Shown piece by piece: positions 18,747 through 28,099 of a stretch of DNA of 64,000 bases. The notes beneath the pieces are model-generated. The model saw nothing but the letters and a program-made list of their open reading frames with translations. It ran no database searches and was not told where the DNA came from. This DNA is from Patescibacteria group bacterium. GTDB taxonomy: Bacteria; Patescibacteriota; Minisyncoccia; UBA6257; 2-01-FULL-56-20. Both the position numbers and the translations under genes were made by a program. Position 1 is the stretch's first letter. Every line of letters begins with the position of its first letter. The stretch is from positions 245,687 to 309,686 of the forward strand of contig JAGXBC010000001.1 of assembly GCA_018971305.1 (NCBI GenBank). Reading direction: 5' to 3'.

Positions 18747-20618
18747 TTATAGATTAAGCAGTGAGCCGCCGGTGAATTTTCCGATAAGGCCATTTATGAA
18801 CGAAGCAAGGAATCCTGCTACGGCGTTCGCGTTCGCGGAAAGATGAATGTCGCCTCCAAGAGCGCTGGATAGTTTGTTGCCGATAGTGGCTCCAGGTGTG
18901 GTTATGAGTTGTTTAGATAGGCTTGGCGTTTTACATACTTCAGCGCTACAAGTTCCATTGGTACAGGTTGTTAGTTGGGTCTGAGTGTAGCCTGCTTGAA
19001 TTTCGTTGTTGACATTCGCTGTTATGGTGTTTACAGCATCTGTTTGGCTTTGGCCCGTAATATCGTTCACATCATAAGATGCGCTATATGGCAAGCAATC
19101 TCCGCCACTGCTTATGCCACCCCCAGTGTCTGTCCCGGGGAAACCTTGGCCGGCGACGGCTCTGTTTACTTGGGAGTTAAGCGCCGCGGCCGCATCTGAC
19201 AATTGTTTGTCGTGGGCGAGAGACAGGAATCCGAAAAAGTTATTATTTGGCCGCAACATTGCTCCGAAACCATTCCATCCCCCCCTGCTGAAATCGCCAT
19301 AGAAAGCATTTGCATCTGTTAAGACGAGCCTTAAGTCGCTTTTCGGAGTCGCATTTAGTGCCGTAAGGTTTAACATTTTCCCCACTAAACCGCTGAAGGA
19401 CGGATCTCCGCGGGCTACGCTCATGGTAAGTGATTGAGCCGCTGCCGTATCAAACGCTTTAGCCTGGTAATTCAGCCAATTGGTTATGAATTTCGGAGCG
19501 CCGGAACCCTGCACATACTTGACCATTGCCTGTTGTATTGTGTTTACAAGTTGCGTTCTTAGGACCAGTATGAGGGCTTGTTCTATAATCTTCCAGATAT
19601 TCGTTACAATATCGTTTATCAATGAGCTAATTTGGGTGCCCAAGCGTATGGGGCCAGTATAGTCAGCGTACGCTGTTTTGACGCCGATTAATTGATTTAT
19701 AAATGCCAAGACCCCCGTCTTTGTTTCTTGATGCACGGAGAGAGATTTTTGCAATCCGGCTTTTTCAAACTCGGTTTGTAGGTCGGAAGCTACGGTAGGC
19801 AGGACATTTTTTTCTGCTTGGGCGATAAGATAAGTTTTCACAGGATCGTCAGTTGTTTCCACATTTACTCCCATGTCGGCGAAGTTTTTTTCATAAACTA
19901 TCGCCGCGAGCAGGCTTTTATGGAAGCCAACAAGCGTAGACGGAATTGTTATCGATTGTGTGCTGCTTGCGGCCTTAGCTAACGTTTCGGCAACCGGCTG
20001 AAGTTCGCTCGGGTTTGCCGTGGTCGGATCTTTTTCTAAAAAGGCCGTAATAACTTGATTGGTCGTATATTGATTAAATATATTATCCAGCTCGGTGATG
20101 TATCTCTCTTTGGCGGCCACCGAGTTGTCGTCGGAAATATTGACCGTCAGTGCCTTGGCCTCGGCAATCCAGTCCGGAGCCTGGAGGGTCTGTATTTCGG
20201 GGGCGCCCGTTAGCTGATTTAGTAAGCTCGTCTGGTCCGGCATATTCAGCGAAGTTTGGCCGTCGGCGGTTTGTTGCGGTCCGGAGGGATTTGCGAGAAC
20301 AATTTGCCGCGCAAAACTGTCGGCAAAATCATGCGTAAGGTTCCCGGTTGTCTCCGCCGGCGGTAAGTCGCTGGCTTTTATCGCAACCGATCCGGCCGAA
20401 TTAACTGTTTGATTATCTGTTATTTGGGGAGCAACTGCATACTGATCCGTAAAAGCATTGCCAGGCACCAAATTGGCATAATTCTGTGACTGGTTGGAGA
20501 TGTTAGCTTGCTGGGTTAGGGTCTGGTTATTTTGCCAGTCGAGAAAAATCAAACCCGCGGAACTCATAATTGCCGCCAAAACCAAAAACCCCCCTATTAA
20601 CTTTTTTAAATCTATCAT
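18747..20618 (-). CDS. Large membrane-anchored/secreted protein, first gene of the T4SS-like cluster
   Basis: N-terminal TM; P.FITNW, F.GDF..GGW..F...L.P.NN and I.TPG motifs. Confidence 0.7.
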   Translation of the reverse strand: MIDLKKLIGGFLVLAAIMSSAGLIFLDWQNNQTLTQQANISNQSQNYANLVPGNAFTDQYAVAPQITDNQTVNSAGSVAIKASDLPPAETTGNLTHDFADSFARQIVLANPSGPQQTADGQTSLNMPDQTSLLNQLTGAPEIQTLQAPDWIAEAKALTVNISDDNSVAAKERYITELDNIFNQYTTNQVITAFLEKDPTTANPSELQPVAETLAKAASSTQSITIPSTLVGFHKSLLAAIVYEKNFADMGVNVETTDDPVKTYLIAQAEKNVLPTVASDLQTEFEKAGLQKSLSVHQETKTGVLAFINQLIGVKTAYADYTGPIRLGTQISSLINDIVTNIWKIIEQALILVLRTQLVNTIQQAMVKYVQGSGAPKFITNWLNYQAKAFDTAAAQSLTMSVARGDPSFSGLVGKMLNLTALNATPKSDLRLVLTDANAFYGDFSRGGWNGFGAMLRPNNNFFGFLSLAHDKQLSDAAAALNSQVNRAVAGQGFPGTDTGGGISSGGDCLPYSASYDVNDITGQSQTDAVNTITANVNNEIQAGYTQTQLTTCTNGTCSAEVCKTPSLSKQLITTPGATIGNKLSSALGGDIHLSANANAVAGFLASFINGLIGKFTGGSLLNL

Positions 20619-20663
20619 TCATTATTATTATAGCGTATTTACTGTCTAGAACCGCGATAAAAG

Positions 20664-20672
20664 TTATGCACA
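20664..20672 (+). promoter_or_regulatory. DnaA-box consensus (TTATGCACA) upstream of the T4SS-like cluster
   Basis: Matches TTWTNCACA, ~45 bp upstream of the start at 20618. Confidence 0.35.
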
Positions 20673-20728
20673 CTGGTTATTTATTCATTCATAGTTAGGG
20701 TGCATGCTACACGGAAAACAAAAAGAGT

Positions 20729-21595
20729 TTATTTGTCCAATAAATCCGCTATTTTTTTGATATCTTCGATGCTTAAATTTTGCGGCCTATCGTTTGGTTT
20801 TATATCAATTTTTTGCAATTTTTCCGAGATCCACTCCTTCGTTTTCCGTGGTTGGTAATTCGCGGCCAAATTGTTGAGTATTGTCTTCCGCGGTTGAGCA
20901 AATAGCATGCGAATTGTTTTATAGTAATTTATGCTTCTGTCTTCTGGCTTCTGATTTATAACTTCCAACCTTATCACTGCTGAATCTACTTCCGGAGGCG
21001 GGGAAAAATTTTCCCGTGACACCCTCATCACGATTTTCGCTATCGCCCAAAACTGGATGCTCGCGGCAAGGCGGTTCATCCCGTTGGGGGCAGGTGTGCG
21101 CTGCGGGCCCTCGCAGCCTCTAACGGGATTCATTTTCGGCACAGCGCAGATTCTTTCTGCAACCTCGTTTTGAATCATAAAGACGCACAACTCCGGCTTA
21201 TTCTCCAGCTCCCCGATTGTGCGAAGCAGGTGTCCAGTAATGTAGTATGGGATATTGCCGACCAATTTCCATTTTGACGTTTTCAGCTCTCCGGCAGAAA
21301 CAAGCTTAGGAATTATTTCCAGGGCATCGCCATCCACGACTTCCATATTTTTATTTTCGGAAAATTTTACACGCAGCAACTCAGCAAGTTTTTCATCTTT
21401 TTCAATCGCGACGATTGTTATCCCCACCCCGCCATTTTTGGAAATTGGAAATTGGAAATTGGAAATTTCGCTTGTCAGCTCCCCGTGCCCAGCGCCCACC
21501 TCTAAAACAACGTCGCCGGACTTCAGTTCCAATATTTTAACAATGTCTTTTAGAACGGTTCCGTTTTTAAGGAAATGTTGTCCTAGTCTTCTCAT
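20729..21595 (-). CDS. rsmA: 16S rRNA m6,2A dimethyltransferase RsmA/KsgA, carrying in-frame repeat insertions
   Basis: LGQHFL, VLEVGAGHGELT, VGNIPYYIT, F.PPP.VDSAV, F.QPRKT..NNL. Confidence 0.96.
   Translation of the reverse strand: MRRLGQHFLKNGTVLKDIVKILELKSGDVVLEVGAGHGELTSEISNFQFPISKNGGVGITIVAIEKDEKLAELLRVKFSENKNMEVVDGDALEIIPKLVSAGELKTSKWKLVGNIPYYITGHLLRTIGELENKPELCVFMIQNEVAERICAVPKMNPVRGCEGPQRTPAPNGMNRLAASIQFWAIAKIVMRVSRENFSPPPEVDSAVIRLEVINQKPEDRSINYYKTIRMLFAQPRKTILNNLAANYQPRKTKEWISEKLQKIDIKPNDRPQNLSIEDIKKIADLLDK
21075..21133. mobile_element. 54-bp palindromic in-frame insertion with TTCAT direct repeat inside rsmA
   Basis: TTCAT at 21075-21079 and 21129-21133; ends ATCCCGTTGG.../...CTAACGGGAT; internal CTGCG/CGCAG stem; adds 18 aa. 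Confidence 0.75.
21438..21465. repeat. (TTGGAAA)x4 tandem heptamer inside rsmA
   Basis: Four exact copies, encoding ISNFQFPISK. Confidence 0.9.
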
Positions 21596-21619
21596 CTTAT
21601 TATATTAACCGTAGTATGG

Positions 21620-22144
21620 ATGAATTGTATAATTTTGTGCTCGCGAACCTCGCACATAACAAAGTATGTGTTGGGTGAGTCCGGTTCGTCCGGAGAAAAC
21701 AAACCCTTTGTTTATTTTCTGCTCTCTGACGGGTATAATAAAAATAACATGTTCCAATACTTGATGGCCGGGTATCTGCATAGTTGGCTCTTCCCATTTT
21801 TTTTCACGATAACGACCGAGACCATCATTTTGTGGCTGTTCGTAAGAAAAATCTTTCATATAAACGGGAGAGACCTGCCGCTTACGATTGTTATCGCGGC
21901 CGGAATTTTCGCCAATGGATTCACTCATCCACAGGTGTGGTTTGTCTTCCCGTTTATTTTTCAAAGCTATACTATTGCCATAGTTATTGCCGAACTTTTT
22001 GCCTTTATAGCGGAAGCTATTTTTTATAATATTTTCCTTAAAATAACTATAAAAAGGGCATTAATCGTTTCCCTGTCGGCTAACGCCTTCTCCTTTTTGG
22101 CGGGAATTTTCCTCCACTTTTTCGTAAACAGTAAGATATTTTAA
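21620..22144 (+). CDS. Integral membrane protein
   Basis: About four TM segments with TI..E, AN..THP, AE..A...EA and N..S motifs; true start may be ~21749 or 21763. Confidence 0.7.
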   Translation: MNCIILCSRTSHITKYVLGESGSSGENKPFVYFLLSDGYNKNNMFQYLMAGYLHSWLFPFFFTITTETIILWLFVRKIFHINGRDLPLTIVIAAGIFANGFTHPQVWFVFPFIFQSYTIAIVIAELFAFIAEAIFYNIFLKITIKRALIVSLSANAFSFLAGIFLHFFVNSKIF

Positions 22145-22162
22145 CGATTAATCTGGGCCCTC

Positions 22163-23806
22163 ATGTTGAAAAAACTTCTGGTGAAAATTGAAAACGCAAA
22201 CATAGGTTTTAAGGAACTGGTTGTCGGTTTTTCGGCAATAGTTTTCGTGCGGATATTTTTGGAAAATTTTTCCAGTATTCCCCTTAGCGGAGTTATCACG
22301 TCTAACACATCAACTATACTGCACTACTTCCTTTATTATACGGTGAATACTTTGTCGGTGGCCCTTATTCTGGGGCTATCCGTGGGTAATTTCAGGAAGG
22401 CATGGAATTTCATTTTATTCGGATTGCTTATTGAATGGTTGCCCCCTATTTACGACCTTATTGTTTCCGCTGGGAACGGATATCCAATGCATTATCCGCC
22501 AATAGATTCGTGGCAGGTGTTATTGGGCCACTTTTTTATGGTTGGTGGGGGCGCGGTTAATCTCACCACTCCCGGACAGACGTTACAGATATCCTTGATT
22601 GTTGTGGGAATCTTGATCTATGTGATCTTATCAACTAAAAGCATTACTCGCGGCGTCGTGGCAGCGCTACTTTCTTACTCGGCAATTTTTTTCTGGGCGA
22701 CATCGCCTACTATCATCAAGGTAATCAACGATTTTTTTCATCCTGAGGTTGCGGGGCAAACGCTTATCCAGTTTTTTTCTGCGGAAATATCCAGGTCAAT
22801 GCTTATAAAGAATTTTTTACACCCCACCATTTCTGTGCAGCCGCTTCGTGCCTATGAAATATTCTTCGGGGTAACCATGTCTTCGTTTTATTATATTGCC
22901 GCATCCGTTCTGATCGTCGCCATTCTTCTATTAATGGATAAGCGCAAGACCCTTGCTACGCTTGGCAACTCTCGCATGATCCACGCTGTTTATTATTATG
23001 CAATTCTTGTGTCGGGGTTCTTGGTGGCCATAAACCTGACCGGTTCCATAATAGCTTTCGGCTGGCTAGACAGTTTTTCTTTATTGTCCCTTGCTGTCGC
23101 TTCTTTCTGCGCCAGGATGTTTGCCGTCGGCATAAACGACCTCTACGACATTGAGATTGATAAAATTTCCCACCCCAAGCGCCCCCTTCCCAGTAAAACC
23201 TTAACGGAAGGCGACATTAAGGACGCGAACCTTTTCTTTTTAATCTGGGCGCTTGTCGGGGCATTTATCGTTGGACACTATGTCTTTTTTATGATGCTTG
23301 TCATTATATCCGTTTCTTATATCTACTCTGCGCCCCCCTTGCGCCTAAAAAGAATTCCACTTTTTGCAAATTTTTTGATGTCTTTGGCGTATTTCTCTCT
23401 TTTCGCCTCCGGATTTTTTATGGCCAGTGCCGACCAATCAATACGGGCCTTGCCGATAAGATATCTATTCTTGATAACAATCGTTTTTACGCTGGGGACG
23501 ACAGTAAAAGATCTAAAAGATATTGATGGCGACCGTGCTGCAGGAGTTATGACCATCCCGGTTATTATTGGGAGGAATAACGGAAGGCGAATTATCGGAT
23601 TGTTATTGTCATCGGCATTTTTTCTGGTGCCGATAATCTTGAATATAAGGACTATCCTTATCCCCTCGCTCATTGCCGCCATTGCGGGGTATCTAATTGT
23701 CGTGTCCAACCACTATAAAGATAACTTTATTTTTATACTCTACATCGCATACATTATTGTTATCATATCCATTGTTCTATCGGGAGTATCTGCGCCGCTT
23801 TATTAG
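22163..23806 (+). CDS. UbiA-superfamily prenyltransferase with N-terminal multi-TM extension
   Basis: INDLYDIEIDK...P.RPLPS, YS.PPLRLK and KDLKDIDGD..AG..T motifs. Confidence 0.88.
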   Translation: MLKKLLVKIENANIGFKELVVGFSAIVFVRIFLENFSSIPLSGVITSNTSTILHYFLYYTVNTLSVALILGLSVGNFRKAWNFILFGLLIEWLPPIYDLIVSAGNGYPMHYPPIDSWQVLLGHFFMVGGGAVNLTTPGQTLQISLIVVGILIYVILSTKSITRGVVAALLSYSAIFFWATSPTIIKVINDFFHPEVAGQTLIQFFSAEISRSMLIKNFLHPTISVQPLRAYEIFFGVTMSSFYYIAASVLIVAILLLMDKRKTLATLGNSRMIHAVYYYAILVSGFLVAINLTGSIIAFGWLDSFSLLSLAVASFCARMFAVGINDLYDIEIDKISHPKRPLPSKTLTEGDIKDANLFFLIWALVGAFIVGHYVFFMMLVIISVSYIYSAPPLRLKRIPLFANFLMSLAYFSLFASGFFMASADQSIRALPIRYLFLITIVFTLGTTVKDLKDIDGDRAAGVMTIPVIIGRNNGRRIIGLLLSSAFFLVPIILNIRTILIPSLIAAIAGYLIVVSNHYKDNFIFILYIAYIIVIISIVLSGVSAPLY

Positions 23807-23896
23807 ACGGCCCATGGGCCTAGTAACATCCATAAAAAATAAGAAGGCTTGGAATCGTAATCGGGATTTTGCTTGTGTTATTATTAAATTGTAACC

Positions 23897-24931
23897 ATGT
23901 CAATATCCAAAGGGCGTATTGCCCTACTTATCGGTTTGGGTGTCGTATTGTTGGGAATTTTTGTTTTGATATTCTTTTTTCAGAGACGGCCATCGGTGCC
24001 GACTCCGTCCGGCAACGAACTTAGCGCTGCTGGTACTCAGGGCGTGCAGTTTACTTTCGGCGGCCAGAATCCCGTTGTTGGGTCATCGGGTTCCGGGTCT
24101 TCCGGCGGACAAGGTTCGCTGTTTTTCCAGCAGTCTTCGCAGTCGGCTGGTCCGGGAACATCGGTCGGTAATGCTTTTCTGCCGTCGTCTGGAAATGGCG
24201 TCAGGATAAGTTCTGGCGGGAATACAAATACGGGCGTTGGCGGAGGAGGAATATCCATACCTACATACACTGCGCCGTCTTTGAGCGATTTAATAAACAA
24301 AGAATTCCCTTCAGGGATAAATGCCTTAAGCGTATTGAACGATCTCGGGAACGTCGGCTCTGTTATTAGTTCGCAAGACCCTTATATTCAGGGCCTGATC
24401 ACCCAGTATCAGCAGATTCTTGCCGAACAGCAGCAATTAAGATCGTTGGCTCAAACTATGCAGCAGAATGCGCCAGTTATCCCGGCGGATTTAATCCAGG
24501 GGGTTTCCAATGGCCAAGTCACCCTGTCGCTTTCCGCCATGCAAAATCTTTTGAATAATCAGGCGAGTACAACCGCCGCATTCAACGAAAAAATCAATAT
24601 TGCGAACAGCCAGCTCTCGTCAATACTCAATTCTCAAATATCTCAGGCTCAGAGCGCAGGAATTTCTTATCCCGGATTACAAAGTGCCTTAAGCCAAGTT
24701 GATCAATTCAATAGCTCCACAGCATCATTTGACCAGCAGGCCTCCACTTTTAATTCTCAGACAACCAATTTAATAAATCAGTTTTTGGCCAATTCTTCCG
24801 GAACGATGTCTCAAGAAGACTTACAAAACCTTCTTAGCCAATTAAATGCCAGTACGACGGCAATGCAGCAACAGATGAGCATGCTAGAAAATCAGGCCAC
24901 GAGTCTGACTAATACTCTCAGTTTTCAGTAG
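23897..24931 (+). CDS. Membrane-anchored Gln/Ser/Gly-rich coiled-coil protein
   Basis: N-terminal TM, low-complexity linker, helical C-terminus. Confidence 0.7.
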   Translation: MSISKGRIALLIGLGVVLLGIFVLIFFFQRRPSVPTPSGNELSAAGTQGVQFTFGGQNPVVGSSGSGSSGGQGSLFFQQSSQSAGPGTSVGNAFLPSSGNGVRISSGGNTNTGVGGGGISIPTYTAPSLSDLINKEFPSGINALSVLNDLGNVGSVISSQDPYIQGLITQYQQILAEQQQLRSLAQTMQQNAPVIPADLIQGVSNGQVTLSLSAMQNLLNNQASTTAAFNEKINIANSQLSSILNSQISQAQSAGISYPGLQSALSQVDQFNSSTASFDQQASTFNSQTTNLINQFLANSSGTMSQEDLQNLLSQLNASTTAMQQQMSMLENQATSLTNTLSFQ

Positions 24932-24946
24932 CATTCGTATCTCGTC

Positions 24947-26788
24947 TTAGTCCCAGCTTACACTGATGTCATCTTCTGTAGGGGAAAATGATTCGCTTTC
25001 CAATTCCAGTAATTCCTGCGGAATTTCAGAAAGAAATCGTGACGGGGCACCGAAGAAACTCAAAAAAAGTTTTTTCTTGGCCCGTGTCATAGCAACGTAC
25101 ATCAACCTTCGTTCTTCCTCCATCTGGTCTTCGTCTTCGTAAGACATAATATGCGGCAAAAGGCCTTCGGAAGACCCGGCAATAAAAACCCGGTCAAATT
25201 CCAACCCTTTGGCCAGATGGATCGTTGATAAATGCACCTCCGGTTGGGAATCACCCCCTCTTGAATTTTCCGTTTCTGTCACCGATTTTCCCATATCAGT
25301 TTGCTGCACGAGAGCTATCTCTTCCAGGAATTGCTGGAGATTATCAAAACCGGCGGCAAAACCAATAAGCTCGGCAATGTTCTCGCGCCTCTCTTCTGGG
25401 TTGAGAAAATTATTTTCCAGATATTCAAAATAATCGGTTGCTTTGAGAAATATTCCTATCAAATCGAGCGGCGCGCTGCTTTGCGCGGCAGCGAAACCTT
25501 CCTGGAGGTCGGCGAATTTTCTCTGCGATAGCAGTTTTTCCAGGCGTTCGCGGCTTGGCTCATCGCTTTTATTCATGGCCCATCTGAGGGCGGCGACGAT
25601 ATCCTTTATTTCTTTGCGTTCGTAGAATTTCAGGCCGCCGAAAATTTTATATGGGATTTGCCGGCGGATAAGAGCTTGTTCTATCGCGCGCGACTGCGCA
25701 TTGGTCCGATATAGTACCGCCGTTGTGCCACCCTCCGGTTCTTTAATGTTTTTCGCAATCCACTCCGCTTCCTCGTTCTCGTCGCCAGCTTCAAAAATTT
25801 TTATCGGTTCCCCCGCGGGATTTCTTGTCCAGAGATTTTTCGGCCGCCTATTGGCATTATTTTTGGAAACTTCGGCGGCTGCCGAAATTATATTGGAGGT
25901 TGAGCGATAATTTTCTTCCAAAAACGTGATTTGCGCATCAGGCCAGTCTTTTTCGAAATTTTGAAAAATTTCCATGTCGGCGTAGCGCCAGCCATAGATC
26001 AATTGTTCGTCGTCGCCGACAACGCTCAGGTTTTTGTGTGAGCCCGCAAGCAATTTTATTAATTCGTACTGTTTAGGGTTCATGTCCTGATATTCATCAA
26101 CAAGAACAGCGTCAAACCTTTTTTGATATTTATTAAGGACCTCGGGATGTTTCTTGAAAAGCCAAACAACTTTTTCTATTAAGTCGTCAAAGTCGAAAGC
26201 ATTATTGCGGATGAGGTCTTCTTCATAAAGCTCATATGCCCGAAATGCCAGCCGATTCTTCTCGTGAGAGCTTTTTTTTAGTTCTCCAATAAACGAATTT
26301 TTGTTTTTCGCGGCGGAGATCTGTCTTTTGAAGAACGCCGGCATTTCCCGGGAATCTTTTTTGGCTTCGCCGTCCCGCTCTTCGGATTTTTTCTTCGGGA
26401 CCAGCCTCCTCGCTATTTTTTTTATAAGGTCAAAAGAGTCGTGATCGTCAAAAATCGTGAAGTTCGGAGTTCTATTAAGAAGATTAGCTTCTTGCCGCAA
26501 TATTCTGGCGCCAAATGAGTGGAATGTGCCTATAAATGGTTCTGTGCCCGTGGTTCCGCGTCCTATATTCAGTCCCGTGCGATCGGCCATCTCTCTGGCG
26601 GCCTTGTTCGTAAAAGTTATGGCACAGATTTTCCCGGGAGGCATGCCTTTTTTGATAAAATATCCAATTCGGCTTGTCAGTGTGCTGGTTTTTCCAGTTC
26701 CGGCTCCGGCCACTATTAAAAGGGGCGAGTTAGGAGCTTCCGTGGCTGCTTTTTGCTGTTCGTTCAGCGTGCTGGATTTTTTTGGCAT
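24947..26788 (-). CDS. uvrD: UvrD/PcrA/Rep SF1 DNA helicase
   Basis: AGAGTGKT, VDEYQD, VGDD.Q.IY.WR, LEENYRST, TIH.AKGLEF, EEERRL.YVA.TRA. Confidence 0.95.
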   Translation of the reverse strand: MPKKSSTLNEQQKAATEAPNSPLLIVAGAGTGKTSTLTSRIGYFIKKGMPPGKICAITFTNKAAREMADRTGLNIGRGTTGTEPFIGTFHSFGARILRQEANLLNRTPNFTIFDDHDSFDLIKKIARRLVPKKKSEERDGEAKKDSREMPAFFKRQISAAKNKNSFIGELKKSSHEKNRLAFRAYELYEEDLIRNNAFDFDDLIEKVVWLFKKHPEVLNKYQKRFDAVLVDEYQDMNPKQYELIKLLAGSHKNLSVVGDDEQLIYGWRYADMEIFQNFEKDWPDAQITFLEENYRSTSNIISAAAEVSKNNANRRPKNLWTRNPAGEPIKIFEAGDENEEAEWIAKNIKEPEGGTTAVLYRTNAQSRAIEQALIRRQIPYKIFGGLKFYERKEIKDIVAALRWAMNKSDEPSRERLEKLLSQRKFADLQEGFAAAQSSAPLDLIGIFLKATDYFEYLENNFLNPEERRENIAELIGFAAGFDNLQQFLEEIALVQQTDMGKSVTETENSRGGDSQPEVHLSTIHLAKGLEFDRVFIAGSSEGLLPHIMSYEDEDQMEEERRLMYVAMTRAKKKLFLSFFGAPSRFLSEIPQELLELESESFSPTEDDISVSWD

Positions 26789-26956
26789 AAATGATATAGT
26801 GATTGTGTTATTAATACCATTTTAGGCCAATTAAATAAACCCCCGGCTGCTAGCGGGGGTAGTGCTTTTGAGGGCAGAAACAAGGGTTTTTCGTTTTTTT
26901 TAGCTTTTCTGTTCCGGTCACTAGCCAAAATAAAAAGTAAATTAGCTAATCCGCTT

Positions 26957-27952
26957 ATGGCCGGAGTTATTCTGGCGTCCATTCTGGTATTATCGGCGTC
27001 TTTCTCTCCGTTTCATTATTATCAACCGTCCTCGGAGGAGAGGGGAATTTTGGGCGGACCGATTGATGTTAGCGCGGAGCGGGGTGGAATTATGGATGGC
27101 TCAATTTATAGTTCAGAGCCGGTTATTACTGGTTCGGCGGTCAACAATGGTTTATATCCGCCGGATGCCGGTGTCCAAAATATGCTCATAGCTAGCGTGA
27201 GCGATCAAGGCCAGCTTGCCGGCCTTGCCTCATCTCGGAGCAATCTTCTGGACTATAAGGTACAGAAAGGAGACACTCTTTCTGGAATAGCTTCTTACTT
27301 CGGCGTTTCGCTGGACACGCTTATCAATGCCAACCCGACAATTAAGGCCAAATATTTGCAGCCGGGAGATGAATTAAACATCCTTCCTACCTCTGGCATA
27401 GTTTACACAACCAAAGAGGGAGACACGCTGGAATCAATTTCCTCTTATTTCAATATTGCCGAGGATCAAATAACCCAATTCAATTCTGCGATAAATTTCG
27501 GAGTCTTGGGTGCCGGAATCTCTCTCGTTATACCGGGAGTACATAATGTTAATGCCGCCACGGAAAATTCTCTACCCAATTATAATTCCAGTTTCGCTAT
27601 GCCCGCTAACGGTTACGACTGGGGAATATTGCATCACTATAACGCAGTAGATATCGCCGCGTCCTGCGGTACTCCGGTTAAGGCCTCGGCCGAAGGGCTC
27701 GTTGTTCCCGACGATAGTTTCGGCGATGGCACAAGCGGTTGGAATGGTGGTTATGGAGAATTCGTTCTTATAGAACACCCTTTCGGCGACAGCGTTCGCA
27801 CCCGCTACGCCCACCTGGAAAAAGTGTTAGTCAGTATCGGCGACTACGTTCAGCAGGGACAAATCATCGGCCTTATGGGTCAAACAGGCGACGCAACCGG
27901 TTGCCACGTACACTTTGAAATTTATGGAGCGCAGAATCCGTTTGCTAAGTAG
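26957..27952 (+). CDS. Two LysM domains plus M23 metallopeptidase
   Basis: YKVQKGDTLSGIA and EGDTLESIS LysM repeats; H..AVDIA, YAHL and G.HVHFE M23 motifs. Confidence 0.93.
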   Translation: MAGVILASILVLSASFSPFHYYQPSSEERGILGGPIDVSAERGGIMDGSIYSSEPVITGSAVNNGLYPPDAGVQNMLIASVSDQGQLAGLASSRSNLLDYKVQKGDTLSGIASYFGVSLDTLINANPTIKAKYLQPGDELNILPTSGIVYTTKEGDTLESISSYFNIAEDQITQFNSAINFGVLGAGISLVIPGVHNVNAATENSLPNYNSSFAMPANGYDWGILHHYNAVDIAASCGTPVKASAEGLVVPDDSFGDGTSGWNGGYGEFVLIEHPFGDSVRTRYAHLEKVLVSIGDYVQQGQIIGLMGQTGDATGCHVHFEIYGAQNPFAK

Positions 27953-28037
27953 TTAAATTCGATTCATCGCCGAAGGGGCGACAATGGTTTATGGCGGTCT
28001 GAGTTCCACTATCTTGGGTTCGCGAAATAAACGGAAA

Positions 28038-28066
28038 ACAAAAAGAGCCGGACTATTTGGTCCGGC
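28038..28066 (-). terminator. Intrinsic terminator
   Basis: GCCGGAC/GTCCGGC stem with U-tract on the minus strand. Confidence 0.65.
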
Positions 28067-28099
28067 CCATAAGTTTATTCACTTCACGGGTTTTTTGTT

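Noticed and set aside
7753-20618. VirB4 cluster as an integrative conjugative element
   Set aside because: No relaxase, coupling protein, adjacent integrase or att repeats; flanked by core genes
21605-21964. 119-aa minus-strand ORF upstream of rsmA
   Set aside because: Overlaps the more protein-like plus-strand membrane ORF that is co-oriented with the UbiA gene
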